From positions 4,418 through 68,417 of the forward strand of contig JAYENW010000001.1 of assembly GCA_034722275.1 (NCBI GenBank): a stretch of 64,000 nucleotides of DNA. The letters are read 5' to 3'. Shown here piece by piece: positions 30,926 through 40,589 of this stretch (its first letter is position 1; every line of letters starts with the position of its first letter). The translations under genes and the position numbers were made by a program. Under the pieces are notes generated by a model. The model was not told the origin of the DNA and did no database searches. It saw nothing but the letters and a program-made list of their open reading frames with translations. This DNA comes from Chloroflexota bacterium (GTDB taxonomy: Bacteria > Chloroflexota > Dehalococcoidia > GIF9 > AB-539-J10).

Positions 30926-32062
30926 TTAGCTCCACTGAACAAACATGGGCATAATGACGTGAACATAATTATCTACGCCTATAGGGCGTATGACTCCTGG
31001 GCTTGATGAAGTGGTCACTTCCAAGGCAACTTGGGCCTGAGGAACCACGGCTAAAACATCAGAAAGATATTTAGCGTTGAAGGCGATTTTGGCTTCATCC
31101 CCGTCAACCAGAGCATCGATTTCAGCGACGTTTCCACCAACTTCCTCAGCCTGAGCAGAAACGGTTATTTTACCCCTGCTGAGTTCACTACCTGCGGTGA
31201 TAATCACACGGACTATGCCGCTGGCATCGCGAGCAAAAACTGAAGATATTTTTATCACTCGCATGAATTCACCAACATCTACGACTGCTCTGGTACTATA
31301 GCTTTGGGGGATAACCTGGGAATAATTAGGGAAAGAACCTGGAATAAGCTGAGAGACTAATTCGGCATTCTTCAAGCGAAAGAGCACCTGGCTTTTCTGT
31401 TGATTTATGATTATTTCCACTGGTTCTTCCTGGTCACCAAGAATGCGATTTACTTCATTGAAGGTTCTTGCTGGGATGATTACCGTAGTTGCTTCCTTAA
31501 CTGCTGAGGCAAGCGTTGTTTTATGCATGGCCAGTCTGAAGCCATCAGCAGTAACCAATGTCAGCCTTTCATTCTCAAGCTCAGTATTGATACCAGTCAG
31601 CACTGGGCGAGACTCCTCGGTAGCAGTGGCAAAAGCGACCTGCTTAATTCCCTCCCTGAGATTAGCTGCCGCAATGCTGGTAGCTATGCCATCGCTTACT
31701 TCAGGAGTGGGTGGGAAATCTTGGGCGTCAATGCCATTAATGTGAGCCTGAAAACGGCCGCTCTTGAGTTCCAGGGCATGACTGTCGGGTGGCAGGGCGA
31801 TTTCGATTAAATCGTTGGGCAACGAATTGACGAAATCTATCAGCAGTCGTGCTGGAACAGTTATGCTTCCTTCTTGGTCTACCTTGGCGCCAATCCATGA
31901 TGTAGTGGCAATTTCTAGATTGGTGGCTGATAACTTGAGGCGTGAGGGTTCAGCAGCTAAAAGAACATTCTGAGTTATTGGCAAAGTTGACCTCGTGGCT
32001 ACAGCCCGGCCCACTATGCTTAGCCCTCTGTTTAAGTTTTCTTGCAAACAGGATAACTTCAT
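30926..32062 (-). CDS. dnaN: DNA polymerase III beta sliding clamp
   Basis: 378 aa, MKLSCLQENLNRGLSIVGRAV... three-domain clamp pattern; not adjacent to dnaA/recF/gyrB. Confidence 0.9.
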   Translation of the reverse strand: MKLSCLQENLNRGLSIVGRAVATRSTLPITQNVLLAAEPSRLKLSATNLEIATTSWIGAKVDQEGSITVPARLLIDFVNSLPNDLIEIALPPDSHALELKSGRFQAHINGIDAQDFPPTPEVSDGIATSIAAANLREGIKQVAFATATEESRPVLTGINTELENERLTLVTADGFRLAMHKTTLASAVKEATTVIIPARTFNEVNRILGDQEEPVEIIINQQKSQVLFRLKNAELVSQLIPGSFPNYSQVIPQSYSTRAVVDVGEFMRVIKISSVFARDASGIVRVIITAGSELSRGKITVSAQAEEVGGNVAEIDALVDGDEAKIAFNAKYLSDVLAVVPQAQVALEVTTSSSPGVIRPIGVDNYVHVIMPMFVQWS

Positions 32063-32102
32063 AATCTACCTCCCATCCTTATATGTGAATGTGAGTATAC
32101 TA

Positions 32103-32723
32103 TTAACAATGGTGACAGTCAATAAGCCGGTTGTGGAGTTGTCGTAATATCTGCTCTGCTTTATGTGCAGCTTGAGCACGGTGGCTGATGCGATTTTTCA
32201 CTTCGAAGGAGAGTTCGGCCATAGTCTTACCCATTTCTGGAAGATAAAAAATGGGATCATAACCGAAGCCACTCTTCCCTTGGGCATTAAAGGCAATTAT
32301 GCCATGACACTCGCCATAACATAACTCTAATTTGCCTTTGGGTGTAGCTATGGCAATAACGCACTTGAAACAAGCAGTTCTTTTTTCCCAGAGGACACCG
32401 CTGAGCCGATCTAAGAGAAACTTTACCTTATCTTCATCGCTGGCAGCTTCACCGGCAAAGCGAGCTGACTGTATACCAGGCTCACCACCCAGAGCATCTA
32501 CTTCAAGCCCTGAGTCATCGGCAAGGGTAATCAATTGACCGGGTTTGGCGTAGGCCATGGCTTTTATACGGGCATTATCTTCATAGCTATGCCCTGTTTC
32601 CGCTGTTGTTTTGTTTATTCCCAGTTCTTTTGGGCTAACTATATTGAACCCCGATTGTTTCAAAAGGAAATGATATTCCCTTATCTTGCCGGGGTTATTG
32701 CTGGCTATGAGTAGTTTGGGCAC
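32103..32723 (-). CDS. rdgB: dITP/XTP pyrophosphatase (RdgB/Ham1)
   Basis: LLIASNNPGKIREY...FGYDPIF Ham1 motifs. Confidence 0.9.
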   Translation of the reverse strand: MPKLLIASNNPGKIREYHFLLKQSGFNIVSPKELGINKTTAETGHSYEDNARIKAMAYAKPGQLITLADDSGLEVDALGGEPGIQSARFAGEAASDEDKVKFLLDRLSGVLWEKRTACFKCVIAIATPKGKLELCYGECHGIIAFNAQGKSGFGYDPIFYLPEMGKTMAELSFEVKNRISHRAQAAHKAEQILRQLHNRLIDCHHC

Positions 32724-32751
32724 TTTGTTTAGGTATTGAGGCAGAGTTTGG

Positions 32752-33849
32752 CTAAATATCCTGGAATCTTGAAGCCAGTTTCTTCACTACCTCTGGCATG
32801 GTGGTGTATTCCATTTCCTCCAGTGGCAAGCGATGTGGTTCGAATGGGCCCAGACAGCGCAAGAAATTGGCGATTTCGTTTGCCTGCTGCCGTGCCAAAT
32901 TGAAAGCTGGGTCATCGAAAAGGTCACTAGGCCCGACCAGCTTACCATCTGCCAATTGAAAACCAGCAGCTATCACTCTTGGTGGACCATCGAAGCGAGT
33001 AGCTCTGGCTTCATGGAAGCAAACTGGCATTAAGGGGCCGTGGTGAGAGCCGCGCATCCAGCCTTTAACTATATTTGGTGAAGCGAAGGGCTCGAGTATT
33101 TCACCTACTGCAGGGAATTTGCCCTGTGACCTGACAATGCACACCGGGTCGTCCTTACCTACATATCTTCCCGCGATCAGAGACAGATGCTGGGTAGAAG
33201 AGGAGGCAGCGATTTCCCCGCTTTCCTTGTGGTATACTGCTTTAGTGGCGTAGCGGTTTGTTGAACCCACGAAGACCAGCATGTCGTATATTTCTTCAGG
33301 GGTGTTGAATGTGATTTTCTTCTTTTGCAGGACATCATGAACCTCAAATGTGAAACCAGAATGCATGTTGGAGGCGATCACCAGTCCAATGGTGTTGAAG
33401 GGGTCAGCAAATATCTTGTACAAGGGCAAATTCCAGGCGCCAGAAGCTGTTTTATCTGCCATGAAGATAATAATTGTTTCTGCCTCGCGTTCTGTGAAGC
33501 GCATTTCGGCCACACCTGGCCCCATACCACGCACATTACCAGAAAAAGCATCGGTAAGAAGGTCTTGCCCGGCACCATGCAGCTTTAAACTCTTAGCCAC
33601 ATTGGTGCAGTCTACGAAAGTATCCCAAGCCAGCTTGTGGATTTGCTCATTGTCTTCACCTTCTTTATGAGTCATGATTAATTGCAGGTCGTCGCCGCAA
33701 GCTAAAACACAGTAGTCAATAAGCAATCTCTCTCTCTTGGCGCGCTCCAGATTTTCTCTAGCTTTCTGCAATGCATCCGGATGAGATGAAGAATGCCCTA
33801 CATAGCCACCAATATCAGCTTTGATTATACTTAGAGTAACATCCATCAC
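32752..33849 (-). CDS. fbp: Fructose-1,6-bisphosphate aldolase/phosphatase (class V, archaeal-type FBPA/P)
   Basis: N-terminal TLSIIKADIGGYVGHSSSHPD hallmark of FBP aldolase/phosphatase family, 365 aa. Confidence 0.85.
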   Translation of the reverse strand: MMDVTLSIIKADIGGYVGHSSSHPDALQKARENLERAKRERLLIDYCVLACGDDLQLIMTHKEGEDNEQIHKLAWDTFVDCTNVAKSLKLHGAGQDLLTDAFSGNVRGMGPGVAEMRFTEREAETIIIFMADKTASGAWNLPLYKIFADPFNTIGLVIASNMHSGFTFEVHDVLQKKKITFNTPEEIYDMLVFVGSTNRYATKAVYHKESGEIAASSSTQHLSLIAGRYVGKDDPVCIVRSQGKFPAVGEILEPFASPNIVKGWMRGSHHGPLMPVCFHEARATRFDGPPRVIAAGFQLADGKLVGPSDLFDDPAFNLARQQANEIANFLRCLGPFEPHRLPLEEMEYTTMPEVVKKLASRFQDI

Positions 33850-33932
33850 ACCTCCTTTATTTAAAAAACGGTAATGTTAAGATTAATTATCTTTGACCAA
33901 CATGCCCAGTTTAGCAGGATGGAGGTTCAGGG

Positions 33933-34568
33933 TCAATGGGGAACGAAAATCAATCCCTCTTCGCTGCTGCCTAGTGCATCTGCCTTGCCCTGGTAGTGAA
34001 GGAAAGCGGTATGAGCTGCTATGGCAGCATCACATAGGTCGTGATTGAACATGCTAAGGTATTGTTTGAGGCTTGGCAAAATATCTGCTACCCGTTCTTT
34101 TAGGAAAACCATTCCTTGAGGTGTATTTTTTCTCGGTATTTCTTTGCCAAACAAGCGGACTTTGCTGGCGTAGGGATACACTTCGATGACTTCGAATCCC
34201 AAATGGCTGAGTTCGTTTTTAAGCTTGATGCCGCGATAAATCAAGTTTTTTATGAAGCTTTTTTTGCTGGTAGGGTAACAAGAGATTCCTTCATGTATTA
34301 GTTCCCGATCGCATTGTCTGTTTTTCCTATTAAATTTTGGTTGGCAGGTGCAGTTCTCTTCAAGGCAACATAACCCTGATGGCAAACTCAAAGGGGCATC
34401 AATGGCTATCACTTTGGGTGAGTAAAATTTCATGGTGGAGATAATGTCATGGTCATCGGAGATAAAACCAAAGTAAGTGAGCTCGAGCCGGTTGTCTAGT
34501 CCCAAACAGGCGCTGGGCTTGGCTGAAGTTGAGGTCAGGTCGATGCCAAAAACCAATTGAAGTTGCAT
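33933..34568 (-). CDS. DUF429-like RNase H-fold protein with Cys cluster
   Basis: VFGIDLTS...VIAIDAPLSLP...DAAIAAHTA pattern of RNase H-like DUF429; CCLEENCTC...C cluster. Confidence 0.5.
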   Translation of the reverse strand: MQLQLVFGIDLTSTSAKPSACLGLDNRLELTYFGFISDDHDIISTMKFYSPKVIAIDAPLSLPSGLCCLEENCTCQPKFNRKNRQCDRELIHEGISCYPTSKKSFIKNLIYRGIKLKNELSHLGFEVIEVYPYASKVRLFGKEIPRKNTPQGMVFLKERVADILPSLKQYLSMFNHDLCDAAIAAHTAFLHYQGKADALGSSEEGLIFVPH

Positions 34569-34601
34569 TATTGTGCTCGCAGTGATCGGCTTTAGAGCAG
34601 C

Positions 34602-35996
34602 CTATTGTCCCTTACCTAGCCGTCTTAATATTTCTCTAGCTGTTATTACGCCTGAGGCTGAAGCCTGCACCAACCCTCGACTTATGCCGGCACCATCACC
34701 GGCAGCGAACATATTGCCAATTTCGGTCTCAAGGCTGGGAGTCAATTTGAGCTGGTTGGAATAGAATTTAACCTCTATTCCATAAAGTAAAGTATGAGGT
34801 GAAGCGATGCCGGGAGCTAGTTTATCCATAGCCTGGAGCATTTCTACGATGCTCTTTAGGTAACGGTAGGGAAGAGCGAAACTCAAATCTCCTGGGGTTG
34901 CTGACTTCAGACTTGGCTCTATCAAGCTGTGCTGTATGCGAGATGATGTAGAACGGCGGCCATCCATTAAGTCTCCCAGTCGTTGCATCAGAACACCGCC
35001 ACTGAGGATATTAGCGAGTCGTGCCAGATATTTACCATAAGCGATGGGTTCCTGGAAGGGTTCGGTGAAGGTTGTGCTTACCAGAATAGCGAAGTTGGTA
35101 TTTTTCGTTTTGGGTTCGGCGTAGCCGATCCCATTAACGGTAACTACGGGGTCGGAGCCTCCTGTGGATTCCATAACTACTTCACCGCCGGGACACATGC
35201 AGAAGGTTCTCACGCGGTCATCAAAACTTCGGGAATAGAACTCAAGTTTTGCTTCATATAACACCGCGGTTAATTTCTCCATAACTGCCATTGGTACTTC
35301 CACTCTCACCCCTACATCAATAGGGTTGGAATTGAGGCTCAGTTTGAGTTCTTTGATTTCTTCTACTAACCATTCTGAACCTTCTCTACCTGGGGCTAAA
35401 ATGAGGTAGCGGCAGCCAAACCTTTCGCCAGTGGTCGTTTCAATGGCCTGGATTTTGCCTTTATCAGTGATGATATTGTTGGCTACTGTTCCCAGCCTGA
35501 TATCTATTTTGGATAAGAGGTAGTTGTAAGTTGATTTCAGCATCTGGTAGCAGTTCTCAGTTCCCATGTGGCGCAACTTCATGGGAATTAATTTGAGTCC
35601 GGCCAAGGTAGCCTGACGTTCTAAGTCGGCTATCTCTTCTCCTGCTCCGTAAAGTTGATGGGGAGCGCCAAATTTGAGATAAGTTGAGTCAACATACTCA
35701 ATGAGTTCTTCGGTTTGGCTATGTCCTACTAACTCTTGAAGCCGTCCACCTACTTCTGAGGACAGAGTCAATTTGCCATCACTGAAAGCTCCAGCACCCC
35801 CAAAGCCGCTTACCAAATGGCAGGGAGAGCAAAGGATACAGGGCCCACTTTTTTTCTGTATGGGACAGATGCGGGTATCGATTCCTCTTCCCTTGTCTAG
35901 AAGTAGTATATTGAGGCCGGCGTGGCATAATTCTAAACTGGCGAAGATGCCTGCTGGACCGGCTCCAACGATGATGACATCGTAGTCTTTGGTCAA
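34602..35996 (-). CDS. FAD-dependent oxidoreductase (COG2509-like, uncharacterised)
   Basis: DVIIVGAGPAGIFASLEL FAD Rossmann motif; Cys-rich CPIQKKSGPCILCSPC; C-terminal GDGAG. Confidence 0.7.
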   Translation of the reverse strand: MTKDYDVIIVGAGPAGIFASLELCHAGLNILLLDKGRGIDTRICPIQKKSGPCILCSPCHLVSGFGGAGAFSDGKLTLSSEVGGRLQELVGHSQTEELIEYVDSTYLKFGAPHQLYGAGEEIADLERQATLAGLKLIPMKLRHMGTENCYQMLKSTYNYLLSKIDIRLGTVANNIITDKGKIQAIETTTGERFGCRYLILAPGREGSEWLVEEIKELKLSLNSNPIDVGVRVEVPMAVMEKLTAVLYEAKLEFYSRSFDDRVRTFCMCPGGEVVMESTGGSDPVVTVNGIGYAEPKTKNTNFAILVSTTFTEPFQEPIAYGKYLARLANILSGGVLMQRLGDLMDGRRSTSSRIQHSLIEPSLKSATPGDLSFALPYRYLKSIVEMLQAMDKLAPGIASPHTLLYGIEVKFYSNQLKLTPSLETEIGNMFAAGDGAGISRGLVQASASGVITAREILRRLGKGQ

Positions 35997-36017
35997 AAGT
36001 TCAATCCTTTGAGGCCT

Positions 36018-36992
36018 TCAATAATTTTGATACCAATTTTCATCTACCTCGCTGGCTTCGAACTTGGTGTGCCAGGGGGTTCCGTAGGTATTAGCTAACT
36101 GGGTCAGATTTGTTAACCTGCCGACCACAGTGGTCTCTAAGAAATTCAGTCTTTCTTGTTGGGAGCTGATCTGAGTAGCTTCCTGCCATAAGGCACGGCC
36201 ACCCAAAAATCCTGAAGCTCCAGTCTGACAGGCTATTTCAACTTGCTGGTAAAAGATATCGTAGTTCACACCAGCGCTGAGAATAACCCAGGGTACACGG
36301 CTTGCCTCATTGAGTTGTTGACATAAATCCAGCCATTTGTGTTTATCCCTCTCGTACTCCGCATCGGTGGGAAACTCCACCTTGAGCAAGTCTATAGGGA
36401 GGGAGGTAATTTGCTTCGCGGTCTCTATGACTAACTTTGGTTTTATCTCGGCAAAACTTCGTTTATCTTCTTTCACACGGTAGCTTACTGGCTCAACCAC
36501 AAAAGGAATGTCCTCGACGAAGCAATTATCGGCCAATCTTTTCACTGTATCCAGTTGTTTTGTGGCAACGTCAACATCGGGCCGGTAATAGAGCAAGAGC
36601 TTAACTGCTGATGCTCCCATTTTTTTAATTTTATGTGCATTCCAGTGGGGCAGCAAATTGGTAATTCGCCCTCCGGCATCACCCGAGTAGCCGCTCTCTT
36701 CTGAACTCACCAGCAACCCCGTGCTTTTGGGCAGGATAGCGGCGGCGATTGCCTGACCTGCTCCGTAAATAGGGTCAAGTAGAATAGCACTGGCATGAGG
36801 CGCTAAAATTTGGCACAGCTCTAGCTTGAAAGCAACCATCATTTGGTAGCTGATATTTCCGGGGTTCTCCCCGCCGAGCATTTTCTTAAGTGAGCCTCTG
36901 TGGTCAAGGGCACACATTGTCATCATGCCCTTGTCGTTTGCTAGCTGTTGCAGACCTCTTAATTTGCCTATGGATAATTTTGTCATATTCAC
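36018..36992 (-). CDS. Class I aldolase, LacD/DeoC family (tagatose/fructose-1,6-bisphosphate aldolase-like)
   Basis: MCALDHRGSLKKML resembles LacD ALAFDQRGAL; 324 aa; 4-nt overlap with pfkA. Confidence 0.65.
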   Translation of the reverse strand: MNMTKLSIGKLRGLQQLANDKGMMTMCALDHRGSLKKMLGGENPGNISYQMMVAFKLELCQILAPHASAILLDPIYGAGQAIAAAILPKSTGLLVSSEESGYSGDAGGRITNLLPHWNAHKIKKMGASAVKLLLYYRPDVDVATKQLDTVKRLADNCFVEDIPFVVEPVSYRVKEDKRSFAEIKPKLVIETAKQITSLPIDLLKVEFPTDAEYERDKHKWLDLCQQLNEASRVPWVILSAGVNYDIFYQQVEIACQTGASGFLGGRALWQEATQISSQQERLNFLETTVVGRLTNLTQLANTYGTPWHTKFEASEVDENWYQNY

Positions 36993-37957
36993 GCTGCCAA
37001 TGCCTTGATTAACTTCAACAAATTAGTGTCCATCTCTTTACTCTTCTCCCAGGTCTCTCTCAAAGGCGTTAAAGTTATCTCACCTTTTACTTCTCCCACC
37101 ATATAGCTTGTTTTCCCACTAACCAAGGCATCCACGGCGGCGGCTCCCAATTTACTTGCCAAAATCCTGTCTCTGGCTGTGGGAGAGCCACCCCTTTGTA
37201 TGTATCCCAGAACGCAAATTCGGTATTCGAGGCGCAACCTTTCCCAGACCTGTTGGGCGATGGGAAATACTCCACCGGCCTCGTCTCCCTCAGCAACCAC
37301 CACGATGTTACATTTTTTGCCCCGCTGGAAACTTTGTCTTATATCCCGGGAAAGCTCTTCTATTTTCGTCTCGGTTTCGGGTATCAAGATGTTTTCGGCC
37401 CCAGAAGCGAGACCTACATCCAAAGCGATGAAGCCTCTATTTCTGCCCATGACTTCAACAAAGAAAGTACGCTGCAAAGACCCCGCGGTATCTCTGATTT
37501 TATCTATGGCATCCAGGGCGGTGTTTAAAGCGGTATCGAATCCGATGCTGTAATCAGTACCGTAAATGTCATTGTCTATGCTGCCAGGGATGCCGATTAT
37601 CTTTATATCTCCCGCCTCCGCCAAAGCTGTGGCGCCTCGGAAAGTGCCGTTCCCCCCTATAGTTATTAACCCCGCGATATCTCTTTGTTGCAGCGTGTGT
37701 ATTGCCTTTTTAATGCCTTGGGGTGTTTTCATCTCTTCACAGCGAGCGGTCTCTAAAAAAGTGCCTCCTCGCTGAATGATATTGGCCACGGATCTGGGCT
37801 CCAACTTTACAAAGTCGCTCTCGATCAGGCCAAGGTAGCCTCGCCGAACCCCCTCTACTTCAAGTTTGTGCTTGGCCCCACAGCGAACGATTGCTCTGAT
37901 GCAAGCATTCATCCCCGGAGCATCACCACCGCTGGTTAGAACAGCAATCCTTCGCAT
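36989..37957 (-). CDS. pfkA: ATP-dependent 6-phosphofructokinase
   Basis: RIAVLTSGGDAPGMNA, GGNGT, PGSIDNDI, MGR PfkA motifs. Confidence 0.9.
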   Translation of the reverse strand: MRRIAVLTSGGDAPGMNACIRAIVRCGAKHKLEVEGVRRGYLGLIESDFVKLEPRSVANIIQRGGTFLETARCEEMKTPQGIKKAIHTLQQRDIAGLITIGGNGTFRGATALAEAGDIKIIGIPGSIDNDIYGTDYSIGFDTALNTALDAIDKIRDTAGSLQRTFFVEVMGRNRGFIALDVGLASGAENILIPETETKIEELSRDIRQSFQRGKKCNIVVVAEGDEAGGVFPIAQQVWERLRLEYRICVLGYIQRGGSPTARDRILASKLGAAAVDALVSGKTSYMVGEVKGEITLTPLRETWEKSKEMDTNLLKLIKALAA

Positions 37958-38085
37958 TATCTTAATAATTATAGCACAAAGTGCGGGCGTCCCATCTTCA
38001 TAGTCACCTTGGCCTGTTGAGGAACTGGAGAACGGAGATTCTTGCCTATGTTCAGCGTGAGAACAAAAAGGTGGTTCACATAAAG

Positions 38086-38715
38086 TTATAACGCTGAAGA
38101 GAGAAAAGAGGTCACTTTAGCGGCAACAATGTCTTCGTATCTCCACCGGAAATGGTCTGCTGCCTCGACGATTTCGTATTCTTTGGGTTCGGGCAGCGTT
38201 TGGCAGAATTCAAGAAAACGAGGTTGCGTGGTGAAGTCGTCTCTGCTTCCTGAAATTAGCAGCTTATGTTTAGGACAATTTTGTAAGAAGTTGAAGTTGA
38301 ACATATCAAGAGGTGGAGAAATTGCCACAAGAGCCTTTATTCGGTCATCTTCAAAAGCGATGGAGAGGCCAAAGGCGGCACCAGCGGAATAACCAACAAC
38401 TGCCATCTTGCTCAGGTCTACTTCCTTAACCGAGCTTACCAAAGAAATGGCTGCGGCGACATCCTCTTGTTCACCTGTGCCCTGGCTGAACTCTCCCTCG
38501 CTTGCTCCCATGCCACGGAAGTTGAATTTAAGCGAGATGAAGGATGCCCGCGCTAGGGTGCTGAAAACGGCGTTAACCACGGTGCTGTCCATGCTGCCCC
38601 CGTAGAGAGGATGCGGATGACAGATTACCGCTGCTAGGAAGGGACAGGAACCTTGGGGAACATTCAATATCCCTTCGAGGGAAAGCTCGCCACTGCTGAA
38701 CTTAACTTTTTTCAT
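38086..38715 (-). CDS. Alpha/beta hydrolase (COG2945-like)
   Basis: 209 aa, nucleophile elbow GYSAGA, ...HPHPLYGG... Confidence 0.7.
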   Translation of the reverse strand: MKKVKFSSGELSLEGILNVPQGSCPFLAAVICHPHPLYGGSMDSTVVNAVFSTLARASFISLKFNFRGMGASEGEFSQGTGEQEDVAAAISLVSSVKEVDLSKMAVVGYSAGAAFGLSIAFEDDRIKALVAISPPLDMFNFNFLQNCPKHKLLISGSRDDFTTQPRFLEFCQTLPEPKEYEIVEAADHFRWRYEDIVAAKVTSFLSSAL

Positions 38716-39012
38716 CTGCTTGTCTAATTATGGTAGGTTTGCATCTGTGAGGAAATTTGTGTCTCAAGCATTCCTTTTCCATCTTGAGTGTCAAAATCGG
38801 CTCTATAAATTGTTGAGATACTGTCGATGATTCCCAATAGTCTGTGGTAAATTACCTGAGACTACTGCTGGTAAAGTTTAGTCAGATAAGCTCTGAGAGT
38901 GCTCTGAATTGGTCGGATAGCTATCATCGCTTTTGGGTATAACACCACTGACGTATTTATCAGATTAAATTTGGTCTGGCCATTGAATACTGTATTGAGG
39001 ATGGAACCTGCT

Positions 39013-39468
39013 CTATCTTGGTATCAATTCTTCTTCTGGGATGACTTCGATTCCGTTTCTCTTCAGTAAGGCAACAGTAACGCCATCGCCATCAACCCAT
39101 TTGTTGGAAAAGGTACCATTATATATTTGCCCGCAAGCGCATGATGGGCTTCTAGATTTTCCTATGAATTGACTGGCGTTAAGAAGCTTGGCAATCCTCA
39201 AAGTTTCCTCTGCTCCTCTAATGAATGCTTGTGTTACATCCTCTCCATTTATATTCTTCACCTTAAACCTGCCATCAAGAATATCCTCACCACTGCCCCC
39301 TTGAATTTCCTGAGGTGGTCTGGGTGTCTTCAGGCCTCCCAGCTGCTCGGGACAGATAGGAATCACGATCTCGCCTTTTAGAATTTCGATGGCCCTCTCA
39401 TTCCTGTATTTATCTGTGCCATCCCAGGTACATTTAATTCCTAATAGGCAAGCACTTATAAGTTTCAT
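39013..39468 (-). CDS. DUF523 family protein (TudS-like [4Fe-4S] 2-thiouracil desulfidase family)
   Basis: MKLISACLLGIKCTWDG N-terminal DUF523 signature, 151 aa. Confidence 0.7.
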   Translation of the reverse strand: MKLISACLLGIKCTWDGTDKYRNERAIEILKGEIVIPICPEQLGGLKTPRPPQEIQGGSGEDILDGRFKVKNINGEDVTQAFIRGAEETLRIAKLLNASQFIGKSRSPSCACGQIYNGTFSNKWVDGDGVTVALLKRNGIEVIPEEELIPR

Positions 39469-39477
39469 AGAGATATT

Positions 39478-39708
39478 CTACCTCCTTGTTATTTTTCCTG
39501 AATGGATAAAGGAGCGTTGTTTCATTTTGATCCATCTCCCTTCATCAATCCCAATTAAATTGCCGCATTGACACTTAATTTCATTTCCATCTCGAACACT
39601 ATAATCCTCTACTATTCGTTCTTTCCAGCAGTGCGATAGTCGCCCTTTACCAATCTTTATATATTTAAAGACTTTGCCCTTACACCTGGCACACTTTATC
39701 ATTATCAT
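39478..39708 (-). CDS. Small zinc-ribbon protein (hypothetical)
   Basis: 76 aa, CARC...HC...CQC Cys/His pattern; 9 nt upstream of DUF523 gene on same strand. Confidence 0.45.
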   Translation of the reverse strand: MIMIKCARCKGKVFKYIKIGKGRLSHCWKERIVEDYSVRDGNEIKCQCGNLIGIDEGRWIKMKQRSFIHSGKITRR

Positions 39709-40130
39709 TTTAGGTGCCGTAACGGTGAATAAGCTTTCTAACTGAATCAGATGCCAAACTGGAGCAAATCAGTTTCATCTCTCTCATCATTACCCTTATA
39801 AAGTTATCATAATCAAGGGTAATTAGTATAACATTGACCTTGAAGTGTAGATAGAGATACTCATTGCGAAAACGCTGCGTGTTCAGGTATTATGCTGTGC
39901 CAACGAATCAAAGGTAATCAACAGTCTGATTGAATTATCTAGAATAATTACATCCTTGTGGGATAACAATGCTGCTTGAGGAAAGATTCTACCAAGCTAT
40001 AGACTGGTTACCTCGCTCCATATGCTGTTCTGAACCAGTAAAATGTTAATATTCATATATTATATCTCCCCGTTTGGGCATCAAGATGCTTTACAGAACT
40101 GTGAAGAAAAACATGAAGGAGGACCGTTAA

Positions 40131-40394
40131 ATGGCTGAGGATTTTGGCTCCCGAGTGGTCGGGACTATTACCAAGACGAAAGGGGAATGTGCTGTAGGGC
40201 ATAAGGTGGGGGATAAATTTGAGCTACATGGTCGTAGTTCTGATGGGTTATGTGGTTATTTCTATCACAATATATTCCCATATATCATCATGCTGCAATG
40301 CGGTGGAACCTGGCCTGGTAAAGATGGGCTTCCTGAATTCGATTGTCCCGACGTGGCTAATGCCGTAACCATAAGACTTCAGCGAGTGCAGTAA
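40131..40394 (+). CDS. Small Cys-containing protein, TIGR04076-like (function unknown)
   Basis: 87 aa, G.CA.GHKVGD.F...G.C...L.GG.WP...CPD.N pattern; AAGGAGG RBS 8 nt upstream. Confidence 0.5.
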   Translation: MAEDFGSRVVGTITKTKGECAVGHKVGDKFELHGRSSDGLCGYFYHNIFPYIIMLQCGGTWPGKDGLPEFDCPDVANAVTIRLQRVQ

Positions 40395-40475
40395 AGGCAG
40401 CCAGTGTAGCGGACCATTTAAGTAGACGTTCATCTCCAATTTGTCCGGTGGTTTCTCTATATCCTGGCCCCCAGT

Positions 40476-40507
40476 GCTTCCTCAACGGTGCTGTTTTTAG
40501 CAAGGTC
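40476..40507 (+). terminator. Weak hairpin + U-tract downstream of TIGR04076-like gene
   Basis: CAGUGC-UUCCUCAAC-GGUGCUG followed by UUUUU; stem needs two G.U pairs. Confidence 0.25.
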
Positions 40508-40589
40508 TACTATAAGGTTGTTGAATAAGAGCTATCCTGTGATGCTCTTCCTGTAAGCTTATTTTCTCTTACTTAGGGGAATATTGATC

